Below are positions 44,197 to 49,117 of a stretch of 49,117 nt of DNA, in pieces. Positions within the stretch are counted from its first letter, which is position 1, and every line of letters begins with the position of its first letter. The stretch is from an uncultured bacterium. Its GTDB lineage: Bacteria > Zhuqueibacterota > QNDG01 > DSAB01. Position numbers and translations under genes: made by a program. The notes under the pieces are model-generated. The model saw nothing but the letters and a program-made list of their open reading frames with translations, searched no databases and was not told the DNA's origin. The DNA lies in contig CAZTKR010000002.1 of the NCBI GenBank assembly GCA_964614115.1, positions 1 through 49,117 of the forward strand, written 5' to 3'.

Positions 44197-44630
44197 CATC
44201 CGGATGGCAGAAATGGCTGATCATGATGCTCCGCCTGGGCTTTGGGCTTTTATTCGTCGTCGCTTCCATCGATAAAATTCGCCATCCGTATCCTTTTGCC
44301 GATGTCGTGGAGAATTATCGCGTACTGGGCGAAGGACTCTCCAGATGGGTGGCCGTGTGGGTGCCGTACCTTGAGGCCATCGTTGGCGCACTCCTGATTC
44401 TGGGGATTTGGCTGGATGAGGCGGTTCTGATGAACTTTTTTCTGATGGGTGTTTTTTTCAGTATGGTCACCCAGGCCTATCTGCGGGGACTGGACATCCG
44501 ATGCGGCTGTTTTTTCGTGGAGGGTGATTCGACGATTGGCCTGATGAAAATAGGTGAGAATACCCTTTTTGTCTGTTTCAGCGCCTTGCTCCTGGTATTG
44601 GTTCGAAAGAGAAAGTCAGCCTTGGTATAG
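44193..44630 (+). CDS. MauE/DoxX family membrane protein
   Basis: LRLGFGLLFVVASIDKIRHPYPFADVVENYRVL and RCGCF motif; 4 TM segments. ATGA overlap with the rhodanese-like gene. Confidence 0.75.
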   Translation: MTSGWQKWLIMMLRLGFGLLFVVASIDKIRHPYPFADVVENYRVLGEGLSRWVAVWVPYLEAIVGALLILGIWLDEAVLMNFFLMGVFFSMVTQAYLRGLDIRCGCFFVEGDSTIGLMKIGENTLFVCFSALLLVLVRKRKSALV

Positions 44631-45017
44631 ATCGACGATCCAACAGGCTTTCGTCAATGAATATCCACTTTAGTATCTGAGCTTTAGCGCCGCACAGGAC
44701 GTGATTGCAGCAGGGATTTCCATCATCATCCATCAGCTTCGTTGTCAGAGGGCGACTCAGGAAATCATTATCCATCCATGTGGGATGAAACATGTCCTAT
44801 GCAGAGTGTATATTCGGATTTGAACCCTGTACGGTCGGGGATATATCGTACGACTGAACATACGTCACGCCAGGTTTTATCCAGCAGATGTGTAGATGAG
44901 GCTGGTACGAGGGAACCGTTCTTTTAACGTACAAGACGTAAACACAGTGTTATCCCTGTTTCATCCGAGTACGGGGCATTGATACAAAAACCGTCGTTTA
45001 AACGAGGGGAATTGAAT

Positions 45018-46199
45018 ATGAACGGAATAGTCCATGCAAAAAGCGGGGGCCTTTGGCTGGTGGCTTGGATTCTGGCTGTTGCGCTTCAGACGAGCGTGGC
45101 TCAGGATAAGCCCAGGGCTCGAGACCTGGGTATTCCTCTTGACGGCACACAGGGACCGCTGAATGCCATCACCGACGTGGAAGGCGTCGAAGTCGGACAC
45201 ACCACGCTCATCTCCGGCAAGGGTGCGTTGAACGTCGGCACCGGTCCGGTACGCACGGGTGTGACGGCGATCCTGCCGCGGGGCAAGGCGTCCGATGATC
45301 TCGTGTTTGCAGGATGGTTTTCCCTGAACGGAAACGGCGAGATGACGGGCACAACCTGGGTGGAAGAGTCGGGTTTTCTGGAAGGGCCCATCCTCATCAC
45401 GAATACACACAGCGTGGGTATCGTACGGGATGCTGTTGTGGCATGGCGCGTTCAAAGGGGTGCGTCGGGGTGGTCGCTGCCCGTTGTAGCGGAGACTTGG
45501 GACGGATACCTGAACGATATCAACGGATTCCACGTCAAAGAAGAGCATGTGTTCCAGGCCCTGGAGAACGCGAAAGCGGGTTCTGTGGAGGAAGGGAACG
45601 TGGGCGGAGGAACGGGCATGGTCTGTTATGAATTCAAGGGGGGCATCGGTACGTCATCCCGGAAGCTGCCCGATAAATGGGGAGGCTACACTGTGGGTGT
45701 GCTCGTCCAGGCCAATTTCGGACTGCGGCATCAGTTGATGGTAGCCGGCGTTCCCGTGGGCAAAGAGCTGCCCGATAACGCGCCTTACAGTCGGGGCAGA
45801 GATATGTATAACGAAACAGGCTCCATCATCGTCGTCGTGGCCACGGATGCACCCTTGCTTCCCCATCAATTGAAACGGCTGATCCGTCGGGTACCACTGG
45901 GTCTGGCCAGGACGGGGAGCACATCGGGCAACGGTTCCGGGGACATTTTTATCGCCTTCTCTACGGCCAACCCGGGAGCCGCCATTCCCGAAGGCGGTCT
46001 TGCCGAATTGCAAATGCTTCCCAACCAGCGAATGAGCCCTTTGTTCAACGCCACGGTGCTGGCCACAGAAGAAGCCATTCTCAACGCCCTGGTGGCAGCC
46101 GAGACGATGGAGGGAGCGGACGGGCATACGGTATACGCCCTTTCCCACCAGGCTTTGAAGGCCGTCCTGAAGAAATACAACCGGCTGATGGGCGAGTGA
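45018..46199 (+). CDS. P1/S58 family peptidase (DmpA-like L-aminopeptidase/D-esterase)
   Basis: NAITDVEGVEVGHTT, GVTAILP, GGGTGMVCYEFKGGIGTSS (self-cleavage/nucleophile region) and IIVVVATDAPL. Signal-like N-terminus. GAGGGGA SD before ATG 45018. Confidence 0.85.
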   Translation: MNGIVHAKSGGLWLVAWILAVALQTSVAQDKPRARDLGIPLDGTQGPLNAITDVEGVEVGHTTLISGKGALNVGTGPVRTGVTAILPRGKASDDLVFAGWFSLNGNGEMTGTTWVEESGFLEGPILITNTHSVGIVRDAVVAWRVQRGASGWSLPVVAETWDGYLNDINGFHVKEEHVFQALENAKAGSVEEGNVGGGTGMVCYEFKGGIGTSSRKLPDKWGGYTVGVLVQANFGLRHQLMVAGVPVGKELPDNAPYSRGRDMYNETGSIIVVVATDAPLLPHQLKRLIRRVPLGLARTGSTSGNGSGDIFIAFSTANPGAAIPEGGLAELQMLPNQRMSPLFNATVLATEEAILNALVAAETMEGADGHTVYALSHQALKAVLKKYNRLMGE

Positions 46200-46294
46200 A
46201 TCCTTCGGGTGTTCAGAGTCCCCGATGTCGCATGCTTACTAATCGAGATGTTCACTGTATTACGTTATAACTCCAAAGTCGCACAGGCGATGAT

Positions 46295-47770
46295 ATGAAA
46301 GATACCCAAAAGGTACTGGAACATACGATTCAACGATGCCGTGAGCGGAACATCATCATTCCGACGTACGAAGAGATGGCTTCTCCAGAAAAAATCCCCC
46401 AGGGCATCAAGGATGAATTGCGGGATATCGGCCTCTGGGACCTCCACCCGAGAAATTTGTACCGCATCTCCTGGAAGAACGAACCCGTCGACTCAGGCGG
46501 CGGTTTTGGTGACGTGAATGTGATGGAGATTCCTTGTGAATTATCGGGCGTTCGGGCCCGCATCCTGGTGCTCATCGGCAAGTACTTTCCCACGGGCTCC
46601 CACAAGGTGGGCGCTACATTCGGCCCTCTGGTGGAAAAGTTGGTCAGGGGCGAGTTTGATCCCACTTCGCAGAAGGCGCTCTGGCCGTCGACGGGCAACT
46701 ACTGCCGGGGCGGAGCCTTTAATTCTCACCTTCTGGCCTGCCCTTGCATTGCCGTGCTTCCCGAGGGCATGTCCAGGGAACGGTTCCAATGGCTGGAGAA
46801 GGTCGGAGCGGAGATTCATGCCACGCCCGGCACCGAGAGCAACGTGAAAGAGGTTTACGACAAGACCCACGCGCTCAAGGCGGAACGTCCCGATGAGATC
46901 GTTGTCCTGAACCAGTTCGACGAAATCGGGAATGCCGTATGGCACTATGCCTGCACGGGCCCGGCCATGGAGGACGTGTTCCTCCACGTCAAGACCGGAC
47001 GGCAACGATTGACGGCCCTCTGTTTGACTCAGGGTTCGGCCGGTACGCTGGGATGTGGCGAGTATCTGAGGGAAAAATTTCCCACCATCCGAATTGGAGC
47101 AGCGGAGGCCAGGCAGTGTCCCACGCTCCTGTACAACGGGTACGGGGAGCACCGCATCGAGGGAATCGGCGACAAGCACGTGCCCTGGATTCACAACCTG
47201 AAAAACATGGACATGGTGATCGATGTGGACGACGAAGACTGCATGCGTCTGCTTCGCCTGTTCAACGAACCCAAGGGCTGTGGTTATCTGAAAAAACAAG
47301 GTGTTGACTCCGAATGTGTCGGCCGACTGGACCTTCTGGGGATATCGGGAATCGCCAATCTTTTGGGCTGCATCAAGATGGCCAAGTACTATGAAATGGA
47401 CGAAAACGACGTCATCATGACCGTGGCCACGGATTCCATGGAACTGTACGGGTCCCGTCTCCAGGAGGCTCGAGACCGAGACGGTGATTACACGGACATG
47501 CAGGCCGGGATGACGTTTGAGAGATGCCTGATGGCACAGTCCGTGGATTGGATGCAGGAGCTTACCTACTGGGATAAGAAACGAATGCACAACCTGAAGT
47601 ATTTTACATGGATCGAGCAGCAGGGGAAGCGCGTGGAGGAGTTGAACGCTCAGTGGTACGACGCGGATTACTGGTCGAGTCGTCTGAAGGCGTATCATGA
47701 ATGGGATGAAAGCATACGGGAGTTCAACGAGAGGACGGGGCTGCGGAAGGCGTATGCATCGGACACCTGA
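46295..47770 (+). CDS. fold-type II (Trp-synthase-beta/cysteine-synthase-like) PLP-dependent enzyme, long ~490-aa form
   Basis: GKYFPTGSHKVGATFGPL (PLP-lysine context), WPSTGNYCRGGAFNS and GSAGTLG. Specific function not assignable from sequence alone. Confidence 0.75.
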   Translation: MKDTQKVLEHTIQRCRERNIIIPTYEEMASPEKIPQGIKDELRDIGLWDLHPRNLYRISWKNEPVDSGGGFGDVNVMEIPCELSGVRARILVLIGKYFPTGSHKVGATFGPLVEKLVRGEFDPTSQKALWPSTGNYCRGGAFNSHLLACPCIAVLPEGMSRERFQWLEKVGAEIHATPGTESNVKEVYDKTHALKAERPDEIVVLNQFDEIGNAVWHYACTGPAMEDVFLHVKTGRQRLTALCLTQGSAGTLGCGEYLREKFPTIRIGAAEARQCPTLLYNGYGEHRIEGIGDKHVPWIHNLKNMDMVIDVDDEDCMRLLRLFNEPKGCGYLKKQGVDSECVGRLDLLGISGIANLLGCIKMAKYYEMDENDVIMTVATDSMELYGSRLQEARDRDGDYTDMQAGMTFERCLMAQSVDWMQELTYWDKKRMHNLKYFTWIEQQGKRVEELNAQWYDADYWSSRLKAYHEWDESIREFNERTGLRKAYASDT

Positions 47771-47842
47771 TAATCGAATGCGGAAAGAGTCCGACTCTTG
47801 AGGAGACGGCCTCAATCATCGAAAAAGAAAAAGGGACAGACC

Positions 47843-48562
47843 ATGAGACGACGTGACCTGTACGCAGCATTCCTGATTGTCTTGATGATGGTGGTGTGCA
47901 AGAAAGACAATGGGACGTCTCCCACTCAACCGGCCGAGTATACTTTTACGTTCGATTTCAGCCAGGGCGAGGAGGGATGGACGGCCGGGTTTGCCGATTA
48001 TCCAGTGGGCGAAGAGGCGTTTCATGAGCTGTCGTCGGAGCGATCCAACCTCCCCGAGCCCCTGGATCAGAACATACACGCCATGATGATATCGGGCAAC
48101 AACCACAGCGACGACCTGTTCATGTTTCTGAAGAAGCACATCACGGGCGTCGAGCCCAGCACGATGTATCGCGTGGTCATCCGAGTGGAGGTGGCATCCC
48201 AGTATCCCGAGAGTGCCATGGGTGTTGGTGGCGGGCCGGGGTGTTCGGTATGGGTCAAAGTCGGCGGGGACCAGACGGAACCCCTGCCTGTTGTTCAGGG
48301 CGGTTTTTACCGGATGAATATCGACAAGGGCAATCAGGCGGGCGGAGGGGAGGACATGGCCATGGTCGGTTCCATCGGTATCGCGGGCGATGACTTTGTG
48401 TATACGTTGATTCAACGAGACAATGAAGACCAGCCGATTCAGGTTCAGAGTAACGGGAACGGAGAGCTCTGGTTGATCGTCGGAACGGATTCGGGGTTTG
48501 AAGCCACGACCACGATTTATTACAACACCATCGACGTACAAATCTACGAGGCGGATGCGTGA
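47843..48562 (+). CDS. hypothetical lipoprotein
   Basis: MRRRDLYAAFLIVLMMVVCKKDNG lipobox-like signal. No recognisable family. ATG 47843 is preferred over track start 47798. Confidence 0.6.
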   Translation: MRRRDLYAAFLIVLMMVVCKKDNGTSPTQPAEYTFTFDFSQGEEGWTAGFADYPVGEEAFHELSSERSNLPEPLDQNIHAMMISGNNHSDDLFMFLKKHITGVEPSTMYRVVIRVEVASQYPESAMGVGGGPGCSVWVKVGGDQTEPLPVVQGGFYRMNIDKGNQAGGGEDMAMVGSIGIAGDDFVYTLIQRDNEDQPIQVQSNGNGELWLIVGTDSGFEATTTIYYNTIDVQIYEADA

Positions 48563-48672
48563 ATCGCCCAACTCATCCATCTTCGCCGAACAAGAACCTT
48601 TATCGAGGAGCAATCATATCACCTCTCAAGGATCGGGTTAAACGAGAAGATACATTCTCAAAGGAGTTGTCC

Positions 48673-49116
48673 ATGAGAGCACGCAGGATACTCGTTTTTC
48701 ACCTCCTAATCATCCCTGTTTTTTGTCTGGAATGCGGGCGGGGGGAATCGGATTTTGATGTCAAGGCATACCTGGATCGCTGGGTGGCGATGTGGAATGC
48801 ATACGACCTTTCCCGTGTCGATGAGCTCTTTCTCACCGATGCGCGGCTGACGTATATCTCATCGGAAAAAACAGGAATCATCACAGGCATCGATGCGGTT
48901 CGCAAACATCACGAAGCGTTCGGTTTTGTGGCCGGAGGAAAAGAGCAGCCCAACCGGCTCTGGGTCGACGATATCCATGCAGAACCATTCGGTGGGGCGG
49001 CCGTGGTTGCGGGCGTCTGGTACTTTCAAAGGGGAGGCGACACCGAAGGCAAGGTGCAGCAGGGCCCGTTTACGTTCGTTTACGTCAAACAGGACGGTAC
49101 GTATCGCATCGCACAC
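48673..49116 (+). CDS. NTF2-like (SnoaL/DUF4440-type) protein, 3'-truncated by the window edge
   Basis: Not in the ORF track because it runs off the window. AAGGAG SD 6 nt before ATG 48673. Translation: MRARRILVFHLLIIPVFCLECGRGESDFDVKAYLDRWVAMWNAYDLSRVDELFLTDARLTYISSEK...VVAGVWYFQRGGD...FTFVYVKQDGTYRIAH, a typical NTF2-fold pattern. The antisense track ORF 48859-49116 is its shadow. Confidence 0.7.
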   Translation, partial: MRARRILVFHLLIIPVFCLECGRGESDFDVKAYLDRWVAMWNAYDLSRVDELFLTDARLTYISSEKTGIITGIDAVRKHHEAFGFVAGGKEQPNRLWVDDIHAEPFGGAAVVAGVWYFQRGGDTEGKVQQGPFTFVYVKQDGTYRIAH

Positions 49117-49117
49117 G

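Noticed and set aside
44811-44830. tRNA-like T-loop signature on the minus strand (reverse complement GGTTCAAATCC) in the 387-nt gap 44631-45017.
   Set aside because: The flanking bases (ACAGGG / CCGAATA) cannot form the 5-bp T-stem. No acceptor or anticodon arms can be folded around it. It is a chance match.
1-49117. CRISPR arrays, transposases/integrases, prophage, toxin-antitoxin or known defence systems anywhere in the window.
   Set aside because: No regularly spaced direct repeats were noticed. No ORF shows DDE/tyrosine/serine recombinase, Cas, restriction-modification or phage structural motifs. The region reads as stable chromosome rather than a mobile island. This was a visual scan only, so short or degenerate repeats could have been missed.

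Overview
49.1-kb chromosomal window, densely coding, with about 47 CDS. By eye I found no rRNA, tRNA, CRISPR array, transposase or integrase. The gene content suggests an uncultivated anaerobic, peptide-degrading bacterium. Several traits are typical of FCB-superphylum or related candidate phyla: a T9SS-type C-terminal sorting domain, DUF3857/transglutaminase lipoproteins and a MacB/FtsX double permease. This taxonomic guess is low confidence.

Three blocks stand out:

- (1) 1.3-5.8 kb: an Rrf2 regulator, NifS cysteine desulfurase, NadA, MnmA and a thioredoxin-like lipoprotein form a sulfur/Fe-S trafficking operon. A strong dyad operator candidate sits in the Rrf2 leader.
- (2) 11.5-17.6 kb (minus strand): two full-length tandem paralogs of a fused MFS/spermidine-synthase-like membrane protein. 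They are separated by a translationally coupled PAS protein ending in a conserved 4-Cys module, and followed by MntP.
- (3) 26.8-36.7 kb: the most interesting region. It is a 15-gene co-directional island bounded by a consensus-like promoter with a perfect 14-bp palindrome and by a strong terminator.
  - It encodes two MinD-type ATPases with inserted ferredoxin domains, DUF134, an IscU-like scaffold, DUF5320, two small zinc-ribbon proteins and a tandem NifX/NifB-C protein.
  - It also encodes Mrp/NBP35, DUF1847, a radical SAM enzyme, a DUF4405-like membrane protein interrupted by an in-frame TAA, an orphan EncFtn-type ferritin, a CGGC protein and an aminotransferase.
  - No client enzyme (nitrogenase, hydrogenase or similar) is visible. 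I propose it is an uncharacterised Fe-S/metallocofactor assembly or delivery system.

The rest of the window is housekeeping (PanB, PurC, SDR, adenylate-kinase-like, EamA) and peptide catabolism (D-aminoacylase, DPP-IV, DmpA/S58, transglutaminase-like proteins).

All family assignments come from motif recognition in the supplied translations. No database search was run.
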